The notes: generated from the sequence alone by a model not told the origin. DNA of 64,000 bases from an uncultured Gammaproteobacteria bacterium (GCA_963819895.1 CAWFXU010000007.1:169593-233592); one strand, 5' to 3'. Counted from the stretch's first letter, positions 31,606-41,732 are shown. Numbers and translations: made by a program.

Positions 31606-32509
31606 ATGCACAGCACCATCGACTGGCCGCGCAAGACCCGCGAGCTGCACAGCCATCATTTCGACTCCACCGCCTGGAACGATCTCGCGTTTCGCGACGA
31701 CGACATCGTGATCGCGACCTACGGCAAGTCCGGCACGACCTGGACGCAGCAGATCGTCGGGCAGCTGATCTTCGGCGGCGACCCCGATCTCGCCGTGGCG
31801 GAGCTGTCGCCGTGGCTGGACCTGCGCGTGCCGCCGAAGCAGATCAAGCTGCCCGTGGTCGAAGCGCAGACGCACCGGCGTTTCCTGAAGACGCACCTGC
31901 CGGTCGACGCGCTGCGCTTCTCGCCGCGCGCGAAGTACATCTACGTCGCGCGCGACGGCCGCGACGTGGTGTGGAGCCTGTACAACCACCACGCCAACGC
32001 CAACCAGCTGTGGTACGACGTGCTCAACGAAACGCCCGGGCGCGTCGGCCCGCCGATCGAGCCCCCGCCGGGCGACATCCGCCAGTACTGGCACGAGTGG
32101 CTGGAACGCGACGGCCATCCGTTCTGGCCGTTCTGGCAGAACGTGCGCAGCTGGTGGCCGATCCGCGAGCTGCCGAACGTGATGCTGCTGCATTTCGCGG
32201 ACCTCAAGCGCGACCTGCCCGGGGAGATGCAGCGCATCGCGGCGTTCCTCGACATCGCCGATCGATCCCTCGCGTCGGGATGCCATCCTGGAGTACTGCA
32301 GCTTCGACTGGATGAAGCAGCACGGCGCCAAGGCCGCGCCGCTCGGCGGCGCGTTCTGGGATGCCGGCGCCGACATCTTCATGAACAAGGGCACCAACGG
32401 CCGCTGGCGCGACACGCTGAGCGCGGAGGAATCGGCACGCTACGAACGGCGCGCCGAAGCCGAGCTCGGCGCCGACTGCGCGCGCTGGCTCGCGCACGGC
32501 GAAGCATGA
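31606..32509 (+). pseudogene. cytosolic-type (PAPS-dependent) sulfotransferase, one frameshift
   Basis: ATG at 31606, preceded by ggagg. 5'-PSB-like loop is TYGKSGTTWTQQIV. 3'-PB-like motif is NKGTNGRWRDTLS. Frame 1 shifts to 2 near 32260, and the tail is ORF 32312..32509. Confidence 0.85.
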
Positions 32510-33979
32510 ACGAACGATCCCGACGACGCGCAGCGCCGCCACGCGCCATGGGCGCGCTGGCCGTGGCGCCGGCGCTCGCCGCGCTGCTCGGCGCCTGCAC
32601 CGTCGGGCCCGACTACGTCGCGCCCGACACCGCTGCACCCGCGGCCTGGCAGGCGCCGCTGGGCGAGGGCCTCGCGGCGGGCGCGAGCGATGCCGGTTCG
32701 CTCGCGGCGTGGTGGGCTCAATTCGACGACACGGCGCTCGCCGCGCTGATCGAGCGCGCGCTCGCCGCGAACACCGACGTGCGCGAGGCGCGTGCCCGGC
32801 TGCGCGAGGCGCGTGCGCTGCGCGCCCAGGCCGCTGCGGACTGGTACCCCGGCGTCAACGCCGCGGCCGCGCACTCGCGCAGCCGCGGCAGCGGTTCCTA
32901 CGGCAGCAGCCGCGCCAGCAGTTTCTACCAGGCCGGCTTCGATGCGATGTGGGAGGCGGATCTGTTCGGCGGCGTGCGGCGCGCAACCGAGGCGGCCCAG
33001 GCTGACCTGGAAGCAAGCGAGGCGAGCCTGCGCGACGTGCAGGTCACGCTCGCCGCCGAGGTGGCACTGGAGTACATCGACGTGCGCGCGCTGCAGGAAC
33101 GGCTGCGCATCGCGCGGCGCAACCTCGAGACCCTGTCCGACACCGCGCAGCTCACGGCATGGCGCGCGACGGCGGGACTCGACAGCGCGCTCGACGCCGA
33201 GCAGGCGCGCGCGAACCTGGAACAGACCCGCGCCGAGGTGCCGGTGCTGGAGACCAGCCTGAGCGCGGCGCTGAACCGCATCGCGGTGCTGCTGGCGCAG
33301 GCGCCCGGCACGCTCGACGCGCAGATCACCGGCGCCGCACCGATTCCGCTGCCCTCGGTGCGGCTCGCCGTCGGGATTCCCGCCGAGGCGCTGCGCGAAC
33401 GACCGGACGTGCGCGTGGCCGAGCGCAATCTCGCTGCGGCCACCGCGCGTATCGGGGCCGCCGAGGCCGCGCGCTATCCCTCGCTGTCGCTGAGCGGCAC
33501 CCTCGGGCTGCAGTCGAACACCGTCAGCGGACTCGACGCGAGCGATGCCGATGCGTGGTCGTGGGCCGGCCAGCTGGCCGCGCCGCTGTTCGATGGCGGG
33601 CGCCTGCGCCAGCAGGTGGAGATCCGCAGCGCCCAGCAGGAGCAGGCCCTCGCGGCATACGAGGCCACGGTGCTCGGCGCGCTCGAGGAGACCGAGAACG
33701 CGCTCGCCGCCTTCGCCGGCACGCAGCGCCAGCAGGCCGCGCTCAGCGCGGCGGTCGAGGCTGCGCGCAATGCGGCGATGCTCGCGCGCGTGCAGTACGA
33801 GAGCGGGCTGATCGATTTCGCGACGCTGCTGGTCGCCGAGCGCACGCAGCTGGTCACCGAGAGCAGCCTCGCCGTCGCCAGCGCCGATCGCGCGGGCGCG
33901 ATCGTGCGCCTCTACAAGGCGCTCGGCGGCGGCTGGAGCCACGAACAACCCTGCGAGCCCGGAAACGAGCACACGATGA
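32506..33979 (+). CDS. NodT-family efflux outer-membrane lipoprotein
   Basis: ATG at 32506 overlaps the sulfotransferase stop (ATGA). Lipobox is LLGAC followed by TVGPDY. Ends with LYKALGGGW. As given, the frame runs on into the next gene. The 3' end is set at the +1-frame TGA at 33977-33979, assuming one more inserted base. Confidence 0.8.
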
Positions 33980-35256
33980 CGAAAGCAACCGGCGGGGCCG
34001 ACGAGCTCGCGCAGATCCTCTCCTCCGCCCCGCACGGGCACGGCCGGCGCCGGCTCCTGGCACTCGTCGGCGCCGGGCTCGCGCTGCTCGCCGGCGCGCT
34101 GCTGTGGCTCTACGGCGACGGCAAGAGTGCCGTGGAGTACCGCACCGAAGCCGTCCGGCGCGGCGACCTCGTCGTGACCGTGTCGGCCACCGGCAACCTG
34201 CAGCCCACCAACCAGGTCGACGTGGGCAGCGAGCTCTCGGGCACCATCGAGGCGGTGTTCGTCGACGACAACGACATCGTCACAAAAAACCAGGTGCTCG
34301 CGCGGCTCGACACCACCAAGCTGCAGAACCAGCTGACGCAGTCGCGCGCCTCGCTCGCCTCGGCACAGGCGCAGGTGCTGGAGGCGCAGGCCTCGGTGGA
34401 CGAGGCGCGCGCGAACCTGGCGCGCCTGCGTCACGTGGCCGAGCTCTCCGGCGGCAAGGTGCCCTCGCAGGCCGAGCTCGACAGCGCGAGCGCGACGCTC
34501 AAGCGCGCCGAGGCCGCGGCGGCGAGCGCGGGGGCCGCGGTGAACCAGTGGCGGGCAGCCGTCGGCGTCGACGAAACGAACATCGAGCTGTCCTCGGTCC
34601 ACTCGCCGATCGACGGCATCGTGCTGTCGCGCCAGATCGAGCCCGGCCAGACCGTCGCCGCGATGATGCAGGCGCCGGTGCTGTTCACGCTGGCCGAGAA
34701 CCTCAGGCAGATGACGCTCGAGGTCGACGTCGACGAAGCCGACGTGGGGCAGGTGCAAAAGGGACAGCAGGCCACCTTCACGGTCGATGCCTGGCCGGGG
34801 CGCGAATACCCTTCCGAGATCGCGCGGGTCGGCTACGGTTCGCAGGAGGCGGAAGGCGTGATTTCCTACAAGACCGTGCTCACCGTGAACAACGACGACC
34901 TGAGCCTGCGCCCCGGCATGACCGCCACGGCCGAGATAACCACGCAGCGGCGCGAGCACGTGCTGCTGGTGCCGAACGCCGCGCTGCGCTTCGCGCCGCC
35001 GGCAGGGATGCCCGCGGCGCAGCCGAGCCGCGGCGTGGTCGGCAGCCTGATCCCGCGGCCGCCGGCGCGCATGGCGCGGCCCGCCGACAACGGCACGGGC
35101 AATGGCGAGCAGCAGGTCTGGATCCTGCGCGACGGCGCGCCGGTGCGCATACCGATCCGTACGGGCGCGAGCGACGGCACCAGCACCGAGGTGAGCGGTG
35201 AGGCGGTGCAGGAAGGCATGCAGGTCATCACGGAGCGCGTGGAGAACGCCAGGTGA
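33976..35256 (+). CDS. HlyD/MacA-family periplasmic adaptor subunit
   Basis: MTKATGG..., then a TM segment (LLALVGAGLALLAGALLWL), then lipoyl/coiled-coil/beta-barrel parts (VTVSATGNLQPTNQVDVGSELSGTI, SPIDGIVLSR). Confidence 0.85.
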   Translation: MTKATGGADELAQILSSAPHGHGRRRLLALVGAGLALLAGALLWLYGDGKSAVEYRTEAVRRGDLVVTVSATGNLQPTNQVDVGSELSGTIEAVFVDDNDIVTKNQVLARLDTTKLQNQLTQSRASLASAQAQVLEAQASVDEARANLARLRHVAELSGGKVPSQAELDSASATLKRAEAAAASAGAAVNQWRAAVGVDETNIELSSVHSPIDGIVLSRQIEPGQTVAAMMQAPVLFTLAENLRQMTLEVDVDEADVGQVQKGQQATFTVDAWPGREYPSEIARVGYGSQEAEGVISYKTVLTVNNDDLSLRPGMTATAEITTQRREHVLLVPNAALRFAPPAGMPAAQPSRGVVGSLIPRPPARMARPADNGTGNGEQQVWILRDGAPVRIPIRTGASDGTSTEVSGEAVQEGMQVITERVENAR

Positions 35257-35963
35257 CGCAGGCTGCAGCGCCGCTGATACGCCTCGAGGGCATCACCAGG
35301 ACCTACGGCACGGGCGATGCGACGGTGCAGGTACTGCGCGGCGTGAGCTTCAGCATCGGGCAGGGCGAGTTCGTGGCGATAATGGGCCCCAGCGGCTCGG
35401 GCAAGTCCACCGCGATGAACATCCTCGGCTGCCTGGATTCGCCCACCGGCGGCAGCTACCTGTTCCGTGGCGTGCCGGTCCAGTCGCTCTCGCGCAACCA
35501 GCGCGCGCTGCTGCGGCGGCGCTTCATCGGCTTCGTGTTCCAGGGCTTCAACCTGCTCGGGCGCACCTCGGCGCTGGAGAACGTCGAGCTGCCGCTGCTC
35601 TACCGCGGCGAGCCGGCGGCGCATCGCCACCAGCTCGCGCGCAGGGCGCTGGCCGCGGTCGGGCTCGCCGATCGCGAACGGCACACGCCGGGGGAGCTCT
35701 CCGGCGGGCAGCAGCAGCGCGTGGCGATCGCGCGCGCGATCGTCACGGATCCGGTGATCCTGTTCGCCGACGAACCGACCGGCAACCTCGATTCGCGCAC
35801 CGGCCACGAGATCATGCAACTGCTGACCCGGCTGAACCGCGACCAGGGCATCACGGTGCTGATGGTCACGCACGAGGCGGACATTGCCGCCTACGCCGGG
35901 CGCGTGATCCGCATCGTCGACGGCCAGGTCGAATCCGACAACCACAACGGAGCAACGCGCTGA
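35253..35963 (+). CDS. ABC transporter ATP-binding protein (MacB/LolD-like)
   Basis: Walker A is GPSGSGKST. Signature motif is [14 protein letters not shown]. Walker B is [15 protein letters not shown] at 35253 overlaps the upstream stop. Confidence 0.9.
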   Translation: MTQAAAPLIRLEGITRTYGTGDATVQVLRGVSFSIGQGEFVAIMGPSGSGKSTAMNILGCLDSPTGGSYLFRGVPVQSLSRNQRALLRRRFIGFVFQGFNLLGRTSALENVELPLLYRGEPAAHRHQLARRALAAVGLADRERHTPGELSGGQQQRVAIARAIVTDPVILFADEPTGNLDSRTGHEIMQLLTRLNRDQGITVLMVTHEADIAAYAGRVIRIVDGQVESDNHNGATR

Positions 35964-37162
35964 TGCTGCTGAACGCGCTGTTGCTCGCGCTGCGTGCGAT
36001 CCGTCGCAACCTGCTGCGCTCCTTCCTGACCGTGCTCGGGATCGTCATCGGCGTGTCGGCGGTGATCACGATGGTCACGCTCGGCAACGGCGCCACGCGC
36101 TCGATCCAGCAGCAGATCGGCAGCATGGGCAGCAACCTGCTGACGGTGCGACCCGGGCGGCGCATGGGGCCGCCCGAAGGCGCTGCCAACTTCCGTGTCG
36201 CCGATGCCGACGCGCTGCGCCAGCAACTGCGGGATGCCGTTGCCGTGGTGCCCGTGGTCGGTGCCAGCGTGACCGTGGTGAGCCATGCCGAGAACTGGTC
36301 CACCACCGCCACCGGCGCAACCACGGACTATTTCGCCGCAAACAGGTGGAGCCTGGCGGACGGGCGCATTTTCAGCGCAGCGGAACAGCGCGCCGGCGCG
36401 GCCGTGTGCGTGATCGGCGACACCATCCGCAAGGAGCTCTTCGGCGCCGGGAACCCGATCGGCAGCCGCATGCGCGTGAAGCAGTTCTCCTGCGAGGTGA
36501 TCGGACTGCTGGCACCCAAGGGGCAGTCGACGATGGGCCGCGACCAGGACGACACGGTCATCATGCCGCTGCGCACCGTGCAGCGGCGCATCAGCGGCTC
36601 GCAGGACGTGAGCTACCTGATGGTCTCGGTGCGCGAGGGCGCCTCGATCGACCGCGTCAAGGACCGGATAGCCGAGATCATGCGCGAGCGGCGCAACATC
36701 GGCCGCAACGAGGCCGACGACTTCATGGTGATGGATCCGCGCCAGCTGATGGAGGCGCTGACCGGCACCACGCGCACGCTGACCACGCTGCTCGGCGCCG
36801 TGGCCGCCGTGAGCCTGCTGGTGGGCGGCGTCGGCATCATGAACATCATGCTGGTGTCGGTCACCGAGAGGACGCGCGAGATCGGCATACGGCTGGCCAT
36901 CGGGGCGCTGGAGCGCGAGGTGCTGCTGCAGTTCCTGATCGAGGCCGTGGTCCTCGCCTCGCTGGGCGGACTCGCGGGCATCGTGCTCGCGACGGTCGCC
37001 TCGCTCGTGCTGGCGAACATGATGTCGCTGCCGTTCGTGTTCGACCCGGGCGTGAACCTGCTGTCCTTTGCCTTCTCCGCCGTGATCGGCGTGGTGTTCG
37101 GCTACTTCCCCGCGCGACGCGCCGCGCAGCTCGACCCCATCGAAGCGCTGCGCCACGAGTAG
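35963..37162 (+). CDS. ABC transporter permease (FtsX/MacB-type)
   Basis: ATG at 35963: [35 protein letters not shown]-terminus is FGYFPARRAAQLDPIEALRHE. Confidence 0.9.
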   Translation: MLLNALLLALRAIRRNLLRSFLTVLGIVIGVSAVITMVTLGNGATRSIQQQIGSMGSNLLTVRPGRRMGPPEGAANFRVADADALRQQLRDAVAVVPVVGASVTVVSHAENWSTTATGATTDYFAANRWSLADGRIFSAAEQRAGAAVCVIGDTIRKELFGAGNPIGSRMRVKQFSCEVIGLLAPKGQSTMGRDQDDTVIMPLRTVQRRISGSQDVSYLMVSVREGASIDRVKDRIAEIMRERRNIGRNEADDFMVMDPRQLMEALTGTTRTLTTLLGAVAAVSLLVGGVGIMNIMLVSVTERTREIGIRLAIGALEREVLLQFLIEAVVLASLGGLAGIVLATVASLVLANMMSLPFVFDPGVNLLSFAFSAVIGVVFGYFPARRAAQLDPIEALRHE

Positions 37163-37325
37163 GTCGGGCTCGTAGGTCGGGCTTCAGCCCGACAAGGGTT
37201 CGGCAACGCCGAACCCGCCATGAGCGTGTCCCATGTCGGCATGAATGCCGACCTACACCCGACAAGGGTTCGGCGACGCCGAACCCGCCATGAACATGCC
37301 CATGTCGGCATGAATGCCGACCTAC
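37159..37325. repeat. REP array (family B): GTAG-headed hairpins plus gggttcggc-N3-gccgaaccc hairpins
   Basis: A ~60-bp unit (aagggttcggcRacgccgaacccgccatga...ccatgtcggcatgaatgccgacctac) occurs twice in tandem. The array contains the TAG stops of both flanking convergent genes. Confidence 0.65.
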
Positions 37326-38194
37326 CAACCCATCTCCGCCACCGCCTCGGCCACCGCGATCAGGCGCTCGGCCTCGGCCACGTGCATGTTCTCGACCAGC
37401 CGGCCACCCACCACCACGACCGCGCTGCCGCGCGCGCTGGCCTCGCGCCAGGCCGCGATGATCTCGCGCGCGCGATCGAGCTCCTCGGGCGCCGGCGCGA
37501 ACACCGCGTTGGCCGCCTCGAGCTGGCGCGGATGGATCAGCGTCTTGCCGTCGAAACCGAGCTCGCGCCCCTGCTCGCAGGCCTGGCGCAGCCCGGCGTC
37601 GTCCTCGAGGTCGAGGTGCACGCCGTCGAGCACGTCGAGCCCGTGCGCGCGCGCCGCCAGCACGCAGAGATTCAGCGCGGTCATGAAACCGAGGCGCTCC
37701 GGGGTGTGGCGCACGCGCAGTTCGCGCGCGAGATCCGTGGTGCCCAGCAGGATGCCGGCGAGGCGCGGGTGCGCGCCGGCAATGGCATCGATGTCGAGGA
37801 TGCAGCGCGCGGTCTCGGCCATGATCCACAGCGCGAGCGTGTCCGGCGCGCCGGCCTGCCTCGAGTATCCGCACGGCCTGCAGCACGTCGCGCCGGCGAC
37901 GAGACCTTGGCCAGCACGATGCCGTCGGCGCCGGCGTTCGGCGAAGGCGCGCAGGTCCTCCTCGCCCCACGGCGTGTCCAGCGCGTTGGCGCGCACCAGC
38001 AGCTCGCGCCGGCCGTAGCCGCCCGCGGCGATCGCGGCGCGCACCTGCTGGCGCGCCTCGGCCTTGCGCTCGGGCGCGACCGCGTCCTCGAGATCGAGGA
38101 TCAGCGTGTCGGCCGGCAGCGTGCGCGCCTTGTCGAGCGCGCGCGCGTTGGAACCGGGCATGTAGAGCGCCGAACGGCGCGGTCTGAATGTCAT
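37322..38194 (-). pseudogene. HpcH/HpaI aldolase / citrate lyase beta (CitE, malyl-CoA lyase-like), three closely spaced insertions
   Basis: ORF 37322..38194 is open, but residues ERRRRRHRAGQGLVAGATCCRPCGYSRQ are nonsense. The other two frames read AGADGIVLAKVSSPA and DVLQAVRILEAG. Extra bases lie near 37936, 37891 and 37857. Confidence 0.8.
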
Positions 38195-38209
38195 GATGGC
38201 CTCCGTGAT

Positions 38210-38728
38210 TCAGCGCTCGTGAATTTCCTGTCGGTAGAGCCGCATGCCGCGCGCCCGGTAGTTCGCCAGCGCCGAGGGGTGATCGAGCGAGCAGGTGTGC
38301 ACCCACACGCGCGTCGCGTCCCAGTCCCAGGCGCACTCGATGCAGCGCGAGAGCAGGTCGCCGCCGAAACCGCGGCCGATGAACGCCGGCGCCAACCCGA
38401 AATACGCGATCTCGACTTCGTCGCCCGCCTGCTTCTGCAGCTCGAAGTAGCCCGCGGGCGAGCCGCGGTGATACGCGATCCAGGTGCGCAGCCTGGGGTC
38501 TTCGGCCCAGGCGCGCCACTGCTCGTCGCGCCAGCACAGCTTGTCGGTCCATTCCCACGCGGCGCCGACGAAACGGTACAGGAAGCGGTTCACCTCGAAC
38601 TGCGGGATCTCGCACTCGCGCACGTCGAGCGCGTCCTGGCGGTGCGCGGGCCGCAGCTCGGCGGGTGCGCGCATCTCGAGGTAGAACGTGGTCACGCTGG
38701 CGGCATCGGGCGACACGGTGTGCTCCAC
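38210..38728 (-). CDS. GNAT-family N-acetyltransferase
   Basis: 172 aa. AcCoA-binding-type segment is VEIAYFGLAPAFIGRGFGGDLL. Confidence 0.8.
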   Translation of the reverse strand: MEHTVSPDAASVTTFYLEMRAPAELRPAHRQDALDVRECEIPQFEVNRFLYRFVGAAWEWTDKLCWRDEQWRAWAEDPRLRTWIAYHRGSPAGYFELQKQAGDEVEIAYFGLAPAFIGRGFGGDLLSRCIECAWDWDATRVWVHTCSLDHPSALANYRARGMRLYRQEIHER

Positions 38729-38734
38729 GCGGAT

Positions 38735-39550
38735 TCAGCACGCCAGCCCGGTGCGCGGCGGCACGCAACTGGCTTCGGGCAGCGGCTCCACCGTGACCGC
38801 CTCGCCCAGCAGCCGGCACATCAGCGCCTGCTGCGCCGGCGCGTTGCCGCTGGTGTAGCAGCGCAGCGTGCCGCCGCCGTCGAGCGCCTCGCCCAGCACC
38901 TCCGCGACGCGGCGCGCCACCGCGGCGCCCGGGTCGATCACCTGCACCTGCGGACCGACCACGGCGCGGATGCTGTCGAGCAGGAACGGGTAGTGCGTGC
39001 AGCCGAGCACCACGGTGTCGGCGCCGGCATCGAGCAGCGGCTGCAGGCAGGTGCGCAGCAGCGCCAGCGTGCGCGGCCCGTCGAGATCGCCCGCCTCCAC
39101 CTGCTCCACGAGGCCGCTCGCCGGCTGGCTCAGCACCCGCGCGAAATGCCCGAAGCGCTGCAGCAGCTCGGCGTACTTGCGGCTCTGCAGCGTGCCGGCG
39201 GTGGCGAGGATGCCGACGATGCCGCTGCGCGTGGCCTGCGCGGCCGGCTTCACCGCCGGCTCGATGCCGACGATGGGCAGTGCGTAGTGCGCGCGCAGCT
39301 CGTGCGCCGCGGCCGCGGTGGCGGTGTTGCAGGCGATCACCAGTGCGCGCGCGCCGGCGGCGACCAGGAATTCGCTGATCGCGAAGGCGCGCTCGCGGAT
39401 GAACGCATCGGTCTTCTCGCCATAGGGGAGGTAGCGCGCATCGGATACGTAGACGATGTCGAGCCGCGGCATCTGCCGGCGCATCTCGCGCACGATCGAG
39501 AGCCCGCCCACGCCGGAATCGAACACACCCACCGGGCGTTGGTCGGACAT
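38735..39550 (-). CDS. murI: glutamate racemase
   Basis: Start at ATG 39550. Motifs are VGVFDSGVGGLS, VIACNTA and VLGCTHYPFL. Confidence 0.9.
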   Translation of the reverse strand: MSDQRPVGVFDSGVGGLSIVREMRRQMPRLDIVYVSDARYLPYGEKTDAFIRERAFAISEFLVAAGARALVIACNTATAAAAHELRAHYALPIVGIEPAVKPAAQATRSGIVGILATAGTLQSRKYAELLQRFGHFARVLSQPASGLVEQVEAGDLDGPRTLALLRTCLQPLLDAGADTVVLGCTHYPFLLDSIRAVVGPQVQVIDPGAAVARRVAEVLGEALDGGGTLRCYTSGNAPAQQALMCRLLGEAVTVEPLPEASCVPPRTGLAC

Positions 39551-39699
39551 GTGGCGCGCAATCCTCGGTGCGGTGCGTGAACGGGCCGCCATGGTAATGA
39601 AGCGCGGGCGCCCGGATCAATCCGCCCGCACACCTTGCTGGCGGCGCTCGCGCGATGCTAGCGTGCGCCGCTGCCACCGGACACCGCCAGGAAACGCCC

Positions 39700-40153
39700 A
39701 TGTCGCCGCTGATGAAGCTCCTGATGTCGCCATCGGGCCTCGCCTTCGACCGTGCGCTGGTGCGCTGGACCGGCGAGTCGCTGCTGAACCGCGTATTCGC
39801 GCGCCAGGCCGGTTTCGCGCCGCAGCCGGCGCTGCTGCTGGAGACGCGCGGCAGCAAGAGCGGCGAGCGCCGCCAGGCCGTGCTGCCGTGGTTCCGCATC
39901 GACGGCAAGCTGGTGGTGGTGGGCAGCAAGGGCGGCATGCCCACCGACCCCGCGTGGGTCGGCAACCTGCGCGCCGCTGCGCAGGTCGCGGTCTACATCG
40001 ACCGCAAGCGCCATGCGCGCCCGCGCGCGCATCGCCACCGGCGAGGAACGCGCGGCGCTGTGGGCCGAGCTCACGACGCGCGTGCCCACCTACGCGCACT
40101 ACCAGTCGCTGACGACGCGCGAGATTCCCGTGGTGATCCTCGAACTGTTGTAG
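39700..40153 (+). pseudogene. nitroreductase/deazaflavin-dependent oxidoreductase (DDN-domain) family, one frameshift
   Basis: MSPLMKLL...LLLETRGSKSGERRQAVLPWFRIDGKLVVVGSKGGMPTDPAWVGNL is in frame 1. The tail RIATGEERAALWAELTTRVPTYAHYQSLTTREIPVVILELL is in frame 2. The shift is near 40021. The TAG stop lies inside the REP head. Confidence 0.75.
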
Positions 40154-40337
40154 GTCGGCATTCATGCCGACGTGTGCTTTGCCGATGCCCGGCGGGCTCG
40201 GCTGCGCCGAACCCCTGGTGTAGGTCCGCATTCATGCGGACAGGTGGTGCGCCGCCGACCTCGGCGGGTTCGGCTGTGCCGAACCCTTGAGGTGTAGGTC
40301 GGCATTCATGCCGACGCGTGCTTTGCCGATGCCCGGC
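40150..40337. repeat. REP array (family B), opposite orientation to 37159-37325
   Basis: Three gtaggtcSgcattcatgcSgac hairpins interleaved with two gggYtcggctgYgccgaaccc hairpins. Confidence 0.65.
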
Positions 40338-40357
40338 CCGCGCGGGCTGGACCGGCA

Positions 40358-41732
40358 TCAGCGCTTGCCGGACTTGCGCAGGTTGTCGACGGTGAAGAAC
40401 GCCTCGCCCAGATCCGGCGCCGAGAAGTTCCACGGCTTGGTCCAGTTGGTCATCCGCGTGGTGTTGTACACGCCGGCACGCAGGTCGTGGAACATCTGGC
40501 TGCGGATGTCGTAGCCTTGCTTGTCGAACAGCGTAGAGCGAGTTGATCATCACCGTCTTCCACAGTTCGCCGCGGCCGTCGTAGTTCTCCGTGATCGCGA
40601 TGTGCCAGCCGTCCTCCTCGACGTAGAAGCGCCGCTTGCCGTAGATGTGGCGGAAGCCCTCGCGCAGTGTGGCCTCCACGACCCAGACGCGCCGCAGTTC
40701 GTAGCGCATGTAGTCCGGGTTGGCATGCCCCACCGTCAGCAGCTGCTCCTGCGTCAGCGAGGGGTCGTCGAAACGGTAGCTGTGGAACGGCACGTACATT
40801 TCCTGCCGCCCGACCAGCGTCCACTCGAAGCGGTCCATCGCGCCGTTGAAACCCAGCGTGTCGTCGATGGTGAGGAACCCGCCGGGACCGTCGGGCGTGT
40901 CGTAGCCGACGTTCGGGGCCTGGCGGATGCGGCGGGAACCGGGCAGGTAGCGCCACACGCTGCGCGGCGTCTCGGAATAATCCAGCGGTTCGAGGATCAG
41001 CGTGATCGTGCCCTTGTCACGCACCGGTTCTTCGACCGCGAACCAGATGTAGGCGGAATACTTGCTGAGCGACTTGAAGTCGGCGCCGATGGGGATGTCC
41101 GGGTTGGAGAACAGGACCTTCATGTACGTCACGCCGCGACGCAGCGAGCGGCTCCCGTTGGGGTAGACGACGACGTCGTCGGTGAGCCCCTCCATGTTGT
41201 AGGAGGGGGTGTTGAGACGCGAGTTCCAGATCGGGTGGGCGCCCATCGAGGGTATGGGAAACGGCAGGCCGCCGGTGTAGCCGTTGACGCCGTCGTCGCC
41301 GTTGAACAGTTCCGCATGCGTGGCGTTGTGGCGTGCCCGCGCCGCAAATTCCGTGGTCACGCCGAAGTCGCGGTGCGTGGGATAGACGTCCATGCGGAAG
41401 GTCTTGGGATAGGTGCGGAACAGCGCCTTCTGGCCCTCGCTGAGGCGCGCGGCGTACTGCTCCATGTTCTCGGCGGTGATCGAGAACAGCGGCTTCTCGC
41501 CCGCGTAGGGATCGGGGTAGACGGTGCCGGGGCCGTCCCACTTCAGCCCCGGCGGCAGGCCGATGATCTTGCCGCTCCACGCCGGGATCGACCCGTCCGC
41601 GTTGCCCGCGACCTCCGCGCCCGTCGGCGTGAGATCCTTGCCCAGGCGCGCCGCCTCCTCCTCGCTCACCTTGGCGAGGGCCAGCGGCGCGGCGAGCGCC
41701 ATCGTCAGTCCGCCGATCAGCAGTGCACGCAT
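40358..41732 (-). pseudogene. DUF1329-family periplasmic/outer-membrane protein, one frameshift
   Basis: MRALLIGGLTMALAAPLALA signal peptide and body lie in ORF 40071..42116. The C-terminus FDKQGYDIRSQMFHDLRAGVYNTTRMTNWTKPWNFSAPDL...KSGKR is in another frame. The shift is near 40531. Span length is 3n+1. Confidence 0.85.

Noticed and set aside
31432-35256. 1274-aa ORF suggesting a giant sulfotransferase-OMF-adaptor fusion protein
   Set aside because: It is a concatenation of three genes that happen to share a frame. Internal ATG starts have ATGA overlaps, there is a lipobox at the OMF start, and a frameshift lies inside the sulfotransferase. A fusion of this kind is topologically impossible.
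36861-39965. 1034-aa reverse ORF across the permease, CitE, GNAT and murI region. Similar long ORFs occur at 192..2174, 24021..26918, 47639..50365, 9092..10876 and 19556..21913.
   Set aside because: These are low-complexity Arg/Ala/Pro-rich translations that overlap motif-supported genes on the same or the opposite strand. Such shadow ORFs are expected in high-GC DNA.
37159-40337. REP arrays considered as a possible CRISPR array or as the ends of a composite transposon
   Set aside because: The units are themselves palindromic, number only 2-3 per array, and have short non-unique connectors rather than spacers. No cas genes and no transposase or RAYT gene lie within or beside the bracketed block, and no target-site duplication was seen.
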